Shown here: piece after piece, positions 1-14,669 of the stretch | Position numbering within the stretch: the stretch's first letter is position 1 | Layout of the letters: the number at the start of each line of letters is the position of its first letter | From: the human T2T-CHM13v2.0 reference genome, Homo sapiens | NCBI RefSeq assembly: GCF_009914755.1 | Contig: NC_060932.1 | DNA: 64,000 nucleotides | Reading direction: 5' to 3' (one strand) | Notes under the pieces: model-generated | Database searches by the model: none | The model's input: only the letters and a program-made list of their open reading frames with translations | Told to the model about the DNA's origin: nothing | Translations under genes and position numbers: made by a program

Positions 1-631
1 CTAAATTAATTTAGTAGACTATTTTCCCATAAAAATAATGTTATAAATATATTGTATTTTCCAGTGTTCATTCTCGAAAACTGAAATAGTCAATGATATT
101 GCTAAATTATAGTAATAACAATATTGATCTCAGTTCTGGTTCCTTAAATCTCCCAAGAGTATTTTCCTTTGAAAAGACAACTCTTATCTATTCAACTGAT
201 TTGCTAAGTATTAATATTTCAGAGAGTATAATATAAATGATGTGAATATGTCCAAGGGGCCTTGTGGAAGTAATTTATTGGCATCAAGAACATCAGAAGG
301 CAGCCCAGTACCTTTGAATTCTGTACCTAGGGGGGCTTCCCTAAGGTCTTCCTGGTTTTCATGGATTTTTATACTGTGCTTGGCAGAAGAAGAAAAAGAA
401 GTTGATTATTCAGGAGCATAAGGATTCTTTGGGAAGTAAACAGATATTTAGGACAGTCAGTCAGAGAAAATGATGGCAAGGCCCAAGAGCAGAAGATTGT
501 GGAAGAACAAGCGGCAGATGGCATTAATTTCCATCCTGACTGGTGGTTTGAGGAAGTACTATTTACATATAAAATAGGAGTTTTTTCAGGGAATTAAGGT
601 TCTTTCACAGTCAGTTATTAGATGGTTATTT

Positions 632-772
632 TACTCATTCATTCAATAGCTCATTCAACAATTGTCAGGCTCCTCCTGTGTGTGGTGCACTGATGTATGG
701 AGGTAATGGAGACAGACACAACCTGACTTTCACAGTCCATGCAGTTTAACGGAGGAGACAGGAACCTAAACA
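632..772 (-). mobile_element. L2 (LINE-2) 3' end fragment
   Basis: Degenerate reverse-complement L2 tail: ttcattcaa...tgtgtgtggtgcactg...gagacagaca...gcagtttaacggaggagaca. Confidence 0.55.
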
Positions 773-774
773 AG

Positions 775-1420
775 TTTTTAGAAATGAGCATTTTCTCGAA
801 TAGTTTCATATTTACAGGAAAAAAGGAAAGCACCAGTACAAAGAGTACTCATATACTCCATAGCCAGTTTCCCCTAGTATTAACACCTTTATTAGTCTGA
901 TGCATTTGTCACAAGTGCACCAATGAACCAATATTAATATATTATTATTAATTAATGCCCACCCTTGATTCATATTTCTTAGCTTTTATCTAATGTCCTA
1001 TTTCTAGCCCAGGATCACATCGATGATACCACTTTACATTCATAATACTTGTCGTTTTCTTGCCTATGTGTAAATAATAAGCTCTTGGCTGTGAGAGTTT
1101 CTCAGAATTAATTTGTTTTTGATGACCTTGAGAGTTTTAAAGGTACTTCATCAGGTATTTTTTAGGATCGCCTCTACTGGGATTTGTCTTTCTTCTTCAA
1201 ATAATTATTCAAGGGTTATGAGTTTTTGGAAACAGGACTGCAGAGGTAAAGTGTCATTTTTATTACATCCTATGAAGGGAATGCACTACCAATATGCCTT
1301 CTTATTGTTGATATTAAACTTGATCATTTGGCTGAAGTAGTGTCTGTCACCTTTTTCCATTATAAGTGACCTTTTTTACCTTTTCTATACTGTACTATTT
1401 AGAGGGAAATGACTATAAAT
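775..1420 (-). mobile_element. Old L1MC-type 3' UTR fragment
   Basis: Motifs typical of L1MC 3' ends (atgaaccaatattaata..., cagaggtaaagtgtcatttt, aacttgatcatttggctgaagtagtgtctgtca); homologous to the + strand copy near 26.4 kb. Confidence 0.65.
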
Positions 1421-1696
1421 AGGCTTTTAATCATAACATGGGAAGAGGAATGAGGTAAGAAGCAGTGCTTAGATAGGGAATTTGTACAGGGAGTTGTGAA
1501 AATGTATAGGAGGATGAAATAGCATGGCCACTGACAACAGGAAATGCCCCTCTTAAGATGTCATACTTTACTGACTCTGAAGAATCAAAATTCATTAGTC
1601 AAATAACAGTGTGAAATGGAGGGAGCAGAATTAGTGTGCAAAGACATTGGATGGTTTTAGTGTTTTCAGCACCTCTTGTTTATCTAATGATCTCTA

Positions 1697-1756
1697 CAAA
1701 TTATAAAAAGTTAACCTTCAGCCCAAATTATAAAAAGCTAACCTTCAGCCCAAATT
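1697..1756. repeat. 27-bp tandem duplication (2.2 copies)
   Basis: caaattataaaaagttaaccttcagcc / caaattataaaaagctaaccttcagcc / caaatt; one mismatch between the full copies. Confidence 0.95.
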
Positions 1757-2091
1757 TTAACTTGACGTTTTATATTCCAAATAATTGCCATAATTGTTTT
1801 TCTATCAAAATAATATGTTGTACCACATGTGTGTATATTTGCCTCATACATTATATTTTATTTCATAGAAAAATGTTGCTGTGAAAATCAAGCAAATAAT
1901 TGCCATTTGCAAGTGTTTCTACACAATTCTGTCTATTCTTCATAATTTTTAGAGGCAGGTGTTATTCCTGGTGTTTTGAAAGAATAGCTGATAACCAGTA
2001 GGAAAGGAAAGTGATTGATGCTGTACAAATGGTGGGTGTGGAAGTGGAGGTGACCTAAATATATTGTTCTAATTCATTCTTATTTGACCCC

Positions 2092-2452
2092 TGTGTCTTA
2101 GTCCATTTGAGATGCTATATCAAAATGCTATAAACTGGGTAGCTTACAAACAACTAACATTTATTTATCACAGTTTTGGAGCCTGGGATGAAAAAAATCA
2201 AGGCAACACCAGATTCAATGCCTGGTAAGGGCCTGCTTCCTCAAAGGCAGAGCCTTCCTCCTGTAGCCTAACATTGTGAAAGGAGCAGGCAGCCCTCTGG
2301 GACCTCTTTAAAAAGAGAGCTAATCTCATTCACGAGGCCTCCACCCTGATGAACTAATCACCTCCCAAATGCCCAACCTTCTAATACATTGCTTTGGTAA
2401 TTAGGTTTCAACATAAGAATTTTTGGAGGACATAAACATTCAGACCACAGAA
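2092..2452 (-). mobile_element. MLT1A-like MaLR solo LTR
   Basis: Starts tgtgtcttagtccattt, internal ctaatcacctcccaaatgccc, ends acataaacattcagaccacag; matches reverse MLT1A-family consensus as recalled. Confidence 0.85.
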
Positions 2453-2869
2453 CTCTATAAACCAGACAGAGACGAATACCATGGAAAAATAAAATGAGGG
2501 GAAATTAGTAATTGTCAAAATTTATAATTGTTCAGCCATTCAGGAAGTGTTGAATATATTGAGAAGCTACTATGAGGTAGGCATAGTCTTATTTGTTGGA
2601 GTTAATATGACAGGCATAATCAGACACAGCCTGAGGGACTTTAATATTCTAAATACAAATATACCTAACGGACTTGGTTTTAGCATTCTACTACTTAGCT
2701 ACCTATGTAGACTTAAGTCAATAAAGCTAAACAGAATCATCTCTCGCATACCTTAGAAAGCTACATTTTCTGAGAGCGTAAGAAAGGATTTGTACAGAAC
2801 AGAAAATGTAATGGAATGTAGTAGGCTGTCTTTTAAAAAAATCATTGTGAAGCAAGTACACTGTACACT

Positions 2870-3330
2870 TGTTACCAATTTGTCTAAGTCCAGTGAAACA
2901 GAACACTCATGAACACAACAAGTTACATGAAGTGGTTTATTATTTATACATAGGCAGCAAAGGACAACAGAAATCTAGGATGGTTAGGAGCTGGTTTCAC
3001 AAGCCTCAGGATAGCTGCCTGGAGTGGACAGAATGTCATCTGTGCATATACCACTTGCAACACAGATGAAGAATCCTGGAAAGCCGCCCACCCCAGTTTT
3101 TATACCCCAGGGTAACATGACTGCCCTCGTAGAAGTAGTGAAGGATATCCTGCTTCCTGTGGGGGACTGAAACAGAGCTCAGGCTGTTGTACGGCAGGCT
3201 GTTGTACGGGTCTCTCCCTGTCGCAAGTTGTTACATTCCCAGCACATTCTAGTTATTCTTAGGAACTGCAAGTAAGAAAAGAAATAGAACTAGATTGGCT
3301 CAAAGCCACTCACATAACTGTACTGCAGTC
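2870..3330 (-). mobile_element. ERVL-class solo LTR (MER74/MER73/LTR53 group, subfamily uncertain)
   Basis: TG start (tgttaccaatttgtctaagtcc), reverse poly(A) signal tttatt at ~2936, reverse TATA ttttata at ~3098, GC-richer than flanks; internal perfect 15-bp tandem duplication caggctgttgtacgg x2 at 3180-3209. Confidence 0.6.
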
Positions 3331-4409
3331 ATTCTCTAAAAACCTGCTTCAAAACTAACTAAGAAGATAAGAAGAGAGATAGAACCCACAACAGACCTAA
3401 AAACTAAGAATTCCTGGGAGGTGGGGCTGAAAAAATTGGCCTTTTTTAAAATTTGCCAAATGATCACACAAGCACTAAATCTTCAGACCTCCTAGAGTGG
3501 ATCTCGAAATATATTAACAATAAGAAATAAGAAATAAAATTTTAAAGGGAAAAAAAGTGTGAAAAGGTAGAGGAATGAAGGAACAATTTGCTTATTAATA
3601 TTGATGGGCATACTCAAGAATTTTAAAAAGTATCAAGAAAAGTAGTTTTAAAAGTAACAGTAAATGTATTTATCTAAGGTGGTATCAGCGCATATTAAAT
3701 CATGGCCTTTTTATCATTGAAAAAATTGAAACATATAAGTTCAGTGGACAAGGGCACGATATGCTATAAGAAATGGTGAGAAAAAAATTTAAAGATACGT
3801 AACATCTTTATTTTTAGGAGATGATAGTTTGATCTTCTCAAATAGAATTTAAATATGTACGATTCATTATAGCAACTGAAAAAAATAGTGTTTTGAAATG
3901 CTAGTGCAAATATGAAAAATCCTGAGGTAGCCAACAGTTGTGTAATTATTCAAAGAAACTTTCATTTATTTCTATAATTTGTGTTTTATTTATTCTCAGT
4001 TCTCAACTTCTAGCAAGGACTTTGTCATCAAACTCATATCTCTTTAAAATCTGGAGTTTAAACAAGCAAACTGATTAAGCCTTTTAACACTCGGCATGTC
4101 TATTTATTCCAACAGCTTAGGCTGTTGTCATGGCTCTTGTGTAGGTATTCTCCTTTCACTATTTCCTCCCTTCAGGTGACCCCACAATGGCATCCTCTCT
4201 GTTTTCAAAGTGAAAGCTCTTGCCCTTTGCCTCAAAGCTTGGCTTCAGCTGTTCCTCTAAGGCCATTCTTAACTTGTGTCAAAAAGTTTTTACTGGGTTC
4301 TGATTCTGAATATATTCCAGGCTGCTCTAGTCTGATGGTCTTATTCTTTCAGCAAAAGATCATTAATACAAACTCTGGTAGGTTTTGAGCTTGGTGCTAA
4401 AAATGAAGA

Positions 4410-4532
4410 CACCTAATTACCAGCTAACCTATAAGAATAATTTAACTTTGATAAACCTCATATTTCTCAGCAGAAAAACAGAAATAATAATGCTACATTA
4501 CAGGATTTATTGAGAATTATATAAAATCATAT
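4410..4532 (+). mobile_element. MIR fragment
   Basis: Core-like acctcatatttctcagcagaaaaacagaaataataatgctacattacaggatttattgagaatt. Confidence 0.5.
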
Positions 4533-5319
4533 TCTTCATCCTATTCCTGATTCTGCCTTAAATGATGTAACTCAGTGTATGACACAGGAGACCAAGAAGT
4601 AGCAGAGACTATTATTATCAGCGCATGTAAAAATATTAGAGATTTATAGTTCTAGTGAATATCTTTATGTATTGTTGAAGCACCTCTAAACCAATTAGTA
4701 CCTAAGTTCCTATTTCCTTTCTTAAAAACTTAGAACTACTGTTCTGGATGCGGGCCAAACCCTTTCTTGATTATTCAATCTTGTACAGAGACTCCAGTCA
4801 ATTCTCAGATTATATTTGTATAACCAGAACTACGATATTTTTCATTGAATGTAACCCACAAGCCAAATGGTTCAACGGCCATCTATGTTAGAATTACTAG
4901 GGGTAGAGGTGTATATTAATAGTGTAGATTCCTATACCACACTCTGGAACTGCTGAATAAAAGTCTCCCAAAGTAGAACCTAGACTTGTGAACATACAAA
5001 GAGGTTATAGGTTGAATGTTGATACGATGTTAATATTGAGTTTGGCATGCCTGACTTTCTGTCTAGCCATTAACTACAGCAAAGCTAAACTCTAGAACTC
5101 AGAAAATAATTGACGGAGACGAAACTAGAAGCCAGGTACTAATTTCCAAAGTAGTGTCCTTGTGTCTATTCTATGATCGTTTTCAAGAGACAAGTTATTC
5201 ACAATATAGCAAATATAAAGATAGTTATCTAAAGATAGTCACATTGCAAGTTTTTAGGGATACTATCACATAGATCCTTAAAATGTTGCTGTGTGAATTT
5301 TATCGTTTTAGACAAGATC

Positions 5320-5544
5320 AGGAGTAGGATGAAGTGAGTAAGCAATAACTTCAGGTGCAAAATGCCAAGAGGCACCAAAAAACCTCAGTAGTTCAGATAA
5401 CATTTTCATGCAATATTTTAAAAAATCTAAATTAATTTAAAATATCCATGATGAACAAACTATCAAAACATTATATAAAGGCATGACAAGTATTTCTGAT
5501 TTTACCTTTTGACCCAGATTCTAATATGGTTTGGCATGGTACTG
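5320..5544. mobile_element. hAT-Tip100 MITE (ORSL-like)
   Basis: caggagtaggatgaagtgag...ggcaccaaaaaacctcagta...atccatgatgaacaaa...ggcatggtactg resembles recalled ORSL consensus; CAG...CTG ends. Confidence 0.55.
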
Positions 5545-5699
5545 ATTCTAGGAGTACACCCAAATTAAAAATGTTGAGTTACTATGGAAATACATGAATG
5601 AAAAGAAAGTCTCTTGCCTATGAGGTATTTAAGATTTTGCTGAGATACAAACAGAGAACTGAAGAAATCTTTATTTTATCACAGGTACTTAAGAATGTA

Positions 5700-6097
5700 T
5701 ATTATGAACTGAATTGTATATACCCAATATTCATAAATTGAAGCCCTAACCCCTACTGTCTTAAAATGTGATTGTATTTGGAGACTGGACCTTTATAGGG
5801 GAATTTAGTAAAATGAGGCCCTTAGAATCAGCCCTAATCCAATCTGACTAATGTTCAGATATGCAAATAAGATGAGAGCATTCAGAGAGAAATGCCGAGA
5901 GTATGCACACACAGAGAAAAGGCCTTGAAGAAAACACAGAGAGAAGGCAGCCATCTGTAAGCCATGAAGAGAGGCCTCAGAAGAAACCAAACCACCCACA
6001 ACTTCCTGCCTCAAAAAGAATGAGAAAATAAATTTTTGTTGGGTAAGCCACCCAGTCTGTGGTGTTTTGTTATGGCAATCCTAGCAGGCTAATACAA
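5700..6097 (+). mobile_element. MLT1B-like MaLR solo LTR
   Basis: gaagccctaacccc, gccctaatccaatctgact, gagaggcctcagaagaaacc, aataaattt, ends gttatggcaatcctagcaggctaataca. Confidence 0.85.
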
Positions 6098-6271
6098 TGC
6101 CTGTTTATGGTGGTAGTAGTGGCTCCGCTCTTTTTAGAAAGTGATTACACTGGAACCTTTTTTGAAAGGATAATAATAGTTGGCCAAGGGAAAGGTATAG
6201 GAAAGGTAATTTGCCAGGTGGACAAAGATTTTAATGTGTGAATGAATAAATGAATAAAATGAGTGAATGCC

Positions 6272-6626
<355 letters not shown>

Positions 6627-7043
6627 TTAGATTTCATGATATTGCTCTGGCATTAAAGTACAATGTAAAGCATCAATAAGTTTGTGATAAGAAATTAAAA
6701 TATGACGTTTGATAAATTAAATGCAATTCTATGTCAAAAAATGTAGTAGGATCTGAAATCTTGGATTTTGCTATGAGATGAAACCTATGGCTTGGAAGAT
6801 ACAAAAATACTGACATATTTAATTTAAACTTATTTATTTATCCACCAATGAGAAAAAAAAAGGAATGAGGTTCTTTCACAATTTGCACTATTCTCAAAAC
6901 ATACTCCGTTATTTTGTGCAATATTATTATATATCCAGAGGGACGATAAGCAAAATCTACCTCAAATATAAATCAAACCTGAAGAACTATTAGAGGTGGA
7001 AAGAAATTTAGTTGCTTGTATTAACCTATAAGAATATAAAATA

Positions 7044-7330
7044 AGTGAGTCACAGTGGCTTACTCCCAGAACTTTGGGAGGCCGAGGTAGGGGGTTTGCT
7101 TTAGCCCAAGAGTTCCAGAACTGCCTGGGCAAAAAGCAAGACCCTGTCTCTAGAAAAAAATTAAAAATTAGCTAGGCGTGTTGGTTGTCTGTAGTCTCTG
7201 CTATTCAGGAGGCTGAGGTGGGAAGATTGCTTGTGCCCAGGAGTTTGAGGTTGCAGGGAGCTATGATTGTACCACTGCACTCCAGCCTCCAACCTAGGCA
7301 ACAAAGGACCAAAAAAAAAGAAAAGAAAGG
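7044..7330 (+). mobile_element. Alu (AluJ-type), diverged
   Basis: J-type features (ttagcccaagagttc, gagctatgattgtaccactgcactccagcc); A-rich tail. Confidence 0.92.
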
Positions 7331-7383
7331 AAGGATATGAGAGAGTCATAGTCATTACTATCTCCTTCTAATAAAAAGAAATA

Positions 7384-7413
7384 ACACACACACACACATA
7401 CACATACACGCAC
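7384..7413. repeat. Imperfect (CA)n microsatellite
   Basis: acacacacacacacatacacatacacgcac. Confidence 0.85.
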
Positions 7414-8758
7414 AACTAATAAGAACAAATTAGCTACATTCAGTGATAAAATTCAATTTTATTTAGTTTTATAGGCAATATGTCAGCATATATTCTTTCT
7501 AATTACGGAAATTTTATGTCTTCATCATTTACTCTTTAAGCCAGAAGGGTTGTGCCTATATGCATTTTGCGCTTTTATTTTAAAGTAAGCATTTATATAT
7601 GAATATTTGTATCCAAGCTAATTCATGTCAAATTCAATTATAAAAAAAAGGAAAACTTAAGTGTTTCCACAGCTAAAATATAAGTTGTAATAAATGGAAA
7701 AATATTTCACCAAAGGAAACACTCTAAATACAGATAAATGTTCTGTGATTTTATAATAATTTTTTAAGAAACACAAAATCCAATATTAAACAAATACTTC
7801 CAGGGAAAAGTTTAGGATAATATTTTTACTAAATTCAGGCAAAGACATTGCTACCTCATTTATTAAGTGAATGCAAACACTATAAATAAAATATTAGTAA
7901 ACTGCATTCAGCAGTGTGTATATATGATAATACATTATGGACAAATAAGGTTTATCCCAAGAATGCAAGGTTGGTGTAATATTAGTAATTTAAGTTACGG
8001 AGGTTTTGATATTAACAAATTAAATAGAAAAATCATGTGATTTCCATAAGTGCACGAAAAGTGCTAAATAAAATTCAACATATAGTCACAACTTTTAAGC
8101 ATCAAGATATCAATAAAAAAATAAAAAAGATAATAAAGGATAATTTTGAGCTAATAAAGGACAGACACATAAAACTAGAAAAAAGAAACACTGTTGAAGG
8201 GTGTATTTTGAAAGTTGTTACTATAAGATGAGGAAACAGACAAGAATGCTCCTGACACCCATTCTTCTTCAGGAAAAGAAATCAAATTAGAAAAAACAAA
8301 CAAAGGCAATTTTTGCAGGTATCATGATTGCTTGAGGAGAAAACCATAAAAATAATCCAAAAATACACAATGAAAATATATTAAGAATATTTTCTGATTA
8401 CAAAATCATTATATAAGTAGAATTTGTAAAAATCCCTAGTTATTAGTTAATAATATAAGCCAAAAAAACAAAAATGGCAAATAAAATGTAAACTTTTTTA
8501 GAATAAATGAAGGTAAAAATTATGCCTTCATAGACAAAAGTACAAAATTGTATTGAAAATGTAACAGGGACTTACAAAAAAGTGAGATGTATTATAGAAT
8601 AGATTAGCAGTCTATCATATAGATGCCAGTTCTCCTCAAGTCTATCTATAGATTAAATGCAATTTCAAATCATATTTCAAAAGGTACAGTTTTTGTCTGT
8701 GTTTGTGTGTGTATGAGAGAGAGGGACAGAGAGAGAGAGAGAGACTTCTCACACCCCC

Positions 8759-9056
8759 TTTTTTTTTTTTTTCTGTGAGACAGAGTCTCACTCTGTCACC
8801 CAGGCTGGAGTGCTGTGGCATGATCTCTGCTCACTGCAATCTGCCTCCTGGGTTCAAGCGATTCTCCTGCCCCAGCTTCCTGAGGAGTTGGGATTACAGG
8901 CACCCACTACCACGCCCAGCTAATTTCTGTATTTTTAGTAGAGATGGGGTTTCATCATGTTGTCCAAGCTGGTCTCAAACTCCTGACCTCAGGTGATCCA
9001 CTTGCCTCGGCCTCCCAAAGTGCTGGGATTACAGGTATGAACCACCACACCTGGCC
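8759..9056 (-). mobile_element. Alu (AluSx-type)
   Basis: Poly(T) then reverse Alu ending cacacctggcc; preceded by (TG)/(GA) microsatellite at ~8700-8743. Confidence 0.96.
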
Positions 9057-9642
9057 TCACACTCATTCTAAAATGAATATGGAAGAACAAGGGTCACAAA
9101 TAATCAAGACACTTGCAAAGAATTTAAAATTTAAATGACTTTTTTCTGTCAAAATCAAAATTGAATATAAAGCTTTAAGACAGGATGATATAAGCAGAAG
9201 GGCAGAAATACAGAAAATACGCAACATAAGAACAATTTGTTGTATATGTAGTACTTAATCTATAACAGAATGGGTCTTGAAAATCAGACAGCTCAAAAAA
9301 TGGTGGTAATCAATACATTTTGCAGCAAATATTTGCAATTCTAAAAACTCCTTATGTTATACCACAAACAAAAATGAACTTTACACTGATTAAAGACTTC
9401 AATTAAAAGGTAAGACTAAGAAATGCACAAATGCTATTAAGAAAGAAAATGAGAGCTTTTTTTTTAATTGACCATGTGAAAGGAAATATTACTTAAACCA
9501 CATAGAAATAAAGCTACAAACTATACAGAGGAAAATAGATACACTCATTCAAATTCAAATTCAGAAATTTGTAATTTTAACTTTCCCATAATCCTATAAA
9601 AGCAATGAGGAGAGAAGCCACAAAGATATTCCCAACGAAGTA

Positions 9643-10345
9643 CGGTTGATTTTCATTCTCTGCAGTAATAAGTGTTATAAAATCTCCCTGAGCACTAATT
9701 TTACAAATACTGACATATTGCTCCTAGAGGAGATACAGGATTAGGTTCCTGTGAGCCTGTGGTCACAACATTTTTATCAACTGACCAATGCATAACCTTC
9801 TTTTATGTATGATTTTGTTTAATAACACCTTACTTAATATATATATATTATTGATTAATTAACAATAACTTATGGCCAATTGCACAACTCATGCCTAATT
9901 AAAGCTTCTTTAACACATGTATTTTCTCTATAAGGCACAACATTACCTCCTTGCACTTACTAACACTAGACAGCACTTAATTACTATGCTTAGGGGGCAT
10001 TTTCAATGCTGAAATCACCAGCAAAACACACACGCACACACACACACACAAATATGAGAAATATGACACTATGTAGACCATGAAGAGAGTGCTTCTTTAT
10101 AGTATGAGAGCACAAACCTGAAAACAGAATGTCGACTTGGTCTGCCTCAGCTGGGATTGTGCATGTTCAAAGCGCAACTCAAATATTTTGCTGTTCCGTG
10201 CATATCTGCTAATGAGCACAAAGCACTACAAATATTGATTGTAGCATTACCAGTTAATTTTGGCAAGGAGGCAAATTTGCAAATATGGAATCAGCAAATA
10301 CGGAATCTGCAAACACTTATTCAAATACCAAATGAAGATTCACTG
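9643..10345 (-). mobile_element. MER82 (TcMar-Tigger DNA transposon)
   Basis: TA|cggttgattttc ... gaagattcactg termini; internal ttaggttcctgtgagcctgtggtcacaacatttt, cactagacagcact, cctcagctggga match recalled reverse MER82 consensus; contains (CA)n at ~10026-10050 and a 15-bp duplication at 10279-10313. Confidence 0.85.
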
Positions 10346-12233
10346 GATTAATATTTGGAATGTATAAAATATTCCCTATGAATTCATATAAAAGAGTAAA
10401 ACAATCCTGTAGAAAATGGGCAAAACATGTTCAAAATTTGTCATAAAGAGAAGTCATGACCAACCTTTTTAGTAATCAGGGAAATGTTAATTCAAAGCAT
10501 GATTTTATATTCCTTCCTAAAGATTATAGTGAATTATAAAGCCTAACAATAAGAAATATGGGTGAGAATGTAGTACGATAGGATCACAGTAATATTATTT
10601 TTAGTAGTATATATTGAATTAGCCATGTTAAAAACAATTTAACATTTTATATCATAAGATTAAATGTTCATTTTCTACACCAAGCAATTCAATCTAAGAT
10701 ATATGCCAATGGGTAATTTTTTGAACTTGTGTACCAAGAGTCAGATATAAGAATATTCAGCTCTGTATTTTCATAGTAGCAAAAATATGTAAACATCCCA
10801 AATGCATATCCACAATGGGATGGACAAATAAATTATGCCATCTTTATGTAAAGGAATACATAGGAATGTTCAGAAGTAATAATGAATGAAGTGGTTCATC
10901 AACATGAGGGCATCGACATGAGTGGATTTCAAATAGATAATGCAGAAGCACAGAAGCAAGTGATAGAAGAATACATATAATGGAAACTGGTTAAACCATT
11001 TAATAAAATAGATAATATCAAACAATATTTGGGAATTGATAATACAAAATCCAGTTGTGAAAGATAGAGTGAATTGTAAATATGGTGAGATTCCTCAGAG
11101 AGCTTTTAATATGAAGGTAACATCCTATTATTTCTTAACTGATGATTATATAGATGCCATTATACTATTTTTCCAGGCTATAATATAACTTTCATGCTTT
11201 CATGTGTTTGTATAATATCGATCAAAATAAAATAATAACATCAAGATTACCTAAGAAATAAGAACATAGTTTGCCTCTTAAATTTGTAGAAGGCTTTAAG
11301 GTTTGCGATTTATTTTACTTAATAAAACTTAAATTGATGAGACTGAAATATAGACATATATATGAAAACATGAATCTGTTTTAGATGTTTTGTTAGGTAA
11401 AATCATTCACAAGGCCTAGAGCCTTCTACAAACGAGAGGTAAACCATATTGTTACTTCTCAGGTAATTTCAACTTTACTGTTTTTATTTTGATCAAGAAG
11501 AAAGAAATACCATAGTCAGTTCCCTCAGGAGAAAGGAAACTGCTTCGTGCTCTGTTTGTTTGTTTTTTAACACACTGAACAACATTCTCAGTCATTTCAT
11601 CCCAAAACTTAAGATATAAAAAACACTTCCATATCATTATTCTCTGTTGAAATTTAAAGCAGAAGGAAGGAAGGAGTTACAGATAAGAAGACACCAAATT
11701 AAGTTTAGCTGCATAAGTTTAGTCTAACTCCTGTTTTGTTTTTTCCATACCTCAATCACAGCTTGCTGTGAATATCTAAGTTCCATTCATTTTGCAAAAT
11801 CTACTCTTTTTTAGCATTAAATTAAAATTCTTGCAGTGAGAGCAAGAAACCAAAGAAGTATATTTGTAACTACTGAAAAACAAATTCAGCAGCCTTTTTG
11901 ATAAATACATTTTTAAAGTAGGATATATTTAATTGGATTCATGATAATTAACTATAGGTTCAAATGTAAAAACAATGCAACTCCAGTCAAATAATGAGTG
12001 TTCAATAAATAGTAGGCATTATTATCACTATTCTTTTCTGCAATGTAAAAAATCCATAATCAAGAATATTTCTCCAACTTTTGGTAACAGGTAAAATAAT
12101 AAATAAACATGAGTTTTGTTATTATTGAGTCTATAACAATTCCTTAGGGAAAATTTATGTGGTTTACTTTTCTAGCTTTTATAAACCAATGCAAACTATT
12201 GTGGCATGACCTATCTGAAAATTCAACGTAAAA

Positions 12234-12550
<317 letters not shown>

Positions 12551-13034
12551 TTCATTTGTTTGCAACATACTTGAACTGGGTAAAAGAGGAATTCTTTAGG
12601 TGACCATAATCTGTCCGGAGGGCTGAGTTACATACCCACTGATTACTATGGAAAGTATGTGTTGATCCCTAGAGGAATGAAAAGCTTCTTTTAATTGACC
12701 ATGCCTGTAGATGGAAGGGGAATGGTCTTTGCAAGATGGGAAATCAGATTGGCGGCACCTTTTATAAACCCATAAAACCATCACTATGTGAACCAGAAAA
12801 AGAGAAAATATTGTTCTAGGGAAGCAAACACTTGGGATATATTCTTATTTTGGCCTTATATCAAAAGAAATAGGAGGAAAAAGGTAGAAAGTCTCCCCCA
12901 GAAAATTTCTAACCACAGCAGTCATGCCAATGTACTTGCATTTGAATTTCAGGCCACCACAATGCGGCCTGAAAATGTGCTGAAGACATAATTGTGGTCA
13001 TTCCTGATAATCTCCACATTTAAGGCACATATAA

Positions 13035-13527
13035 TGTTGCCACAGGGCTCAGAAGGGTCTTCAGAGGCTGTTGAGACCCCAGCTTCAGCAGGTTTCCAGG
13101 TTTTTGACACCGTCATGAGAAAAAATTCCGGGACTAGTCAGACGGAAGTGAAAGGCAACAAGCCTTTATATTGCTAAGCTAAGTACAAGCTTAAGAGAGA
13201 AGTGCAGGTTTGCTCATGAGAATAAGATGTGGACAACACAGTTCAGGTTTCTAATTTTATGTGTGTTTCTTTAATTAGGGTTGAAATAATCATTAGGTAT
13301 TCTACAAAAGAAAAGGATTTCAGGAGACCCCAGTATCCATCTCTTTCTCCCTTGTTTAAGTTTGCCTGAAAGTGTCATGGACATGTTACCCTGACCAGGG
13401 TTTTGGCCATTTTTTCTCCCTTATTTTGTGTTTCTATTATCCTGTGGTTTCTTTGCCTACTTCCTGTTTTAGCTGCTGTCTGGGTTTTTCCATCCTTCTG
13501 AGACCACCCAGTGCTATTCCTACGTCA
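13035..13527 (-). mobile_element. ERV1-class solo LTR (subfamily uncertain)
   Basis: TG...CA bounded ~490-bp block, GC-richer than flanks; reverse poly(A)/TATA-like T-rich motifs; ends gtgctattcctacgtca. Confidence 0.5.
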
Positions 13528-14352
13528 TAAACACAATTTCTGTCTTAAGGAATCAAGACATCTATGTCAAATCCACTCTTCAAAGAATTTCTACAGAATA
13601 ACATTTCCACAAAAAACTGCTAATAAAAACATGATATGTACATGAGAAAATAAGCCACCACAAATAAGAATGTGCAGAAATAGGCAGTGGCAGTATCTGA
13701 TTAATAAAGACTGCAGAATCGAAACTAGCAAATGTTGGACAGAAAATAGAATATTGAATGTATACATTTACATTAAAGTGAACATTGAACATATCCATAG
13801 AGAAGAAACAAAACTAAACAAACAAAAAATATACAACACAACTATCTACAAAGGAGCAGAGCTTAGACTGATTTCTTATTTGCCTGTATGGGACTGTTAA
13901 AACAGAGAGAAAATGTGTCAGAAAGTAATAAAGTGAATCTATAATTGTATACCAAACTTTATTCTTTATGAATAATGATGAAATAAATACTTTTCAGACC
14001 AAACATGAAAAAAATAGCATCAAAATACCATTAGCATGTGTACTTTGAAAGAGGATAGTAGAAAAAGTATTTCTGAAGAAACTTTTGGAATGCAGAGAGA
14101 AATTTTGACTAAAAAGTTATCATAAATTAATTCTATATAATGGCTTGCTTGGCTGGTATAAAAGTCTAATTTGGTCTGATATGTGTCATTAAGATTAAGA
14201 CGGCTCTAAAATCTTGGGCAAAATAGCATAAAATTTTAAATGATTGCATTGGAGTTAAATAATTTAAAATGTATTTTTATATTCAGGAATAGGGTAAGAA
14301 TATAAGTTGACTATAATTTTATGTTCAATACATATTTTAAGCTTATAAGGTA

Positions 14353-14649
<297 letters not shown>

Positions 14650-14669
14650 TCAAATACATACATTGTGGG

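Larger units (their letters stand above)
7700..11230 (+). mobile_element. Highly decayed L1M (L1ME-like) ORF2 plus 3' end, split by an Alu and MER82
   Basis: ORF2-like motifs (ggtttatcccaagaatgcaaggttgg, ctatagattaaatgcaattt, agaaaatgggcaaaacatg, caagcaattcaatctaagatatatgcc) in collinear order. Confidence 0.65.

Noticed and set aside
4880-5045. Possible MER5-like DNA transposon remnant
   Set aside because: Similarity too weak to support by eye.
10898-10925. Small 14-15 bp tandem duplications (also 3180-3209, 10279-10313, 50160-50186)
   Set aside because: Ordinary slippage products with no shared motif or spacing that would suggest function.
12596-12630. hAT-Blackjack-like terminus (taggtgaccata)
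   Set aside because: Too short, and no convincing partner terminal repeat was found.
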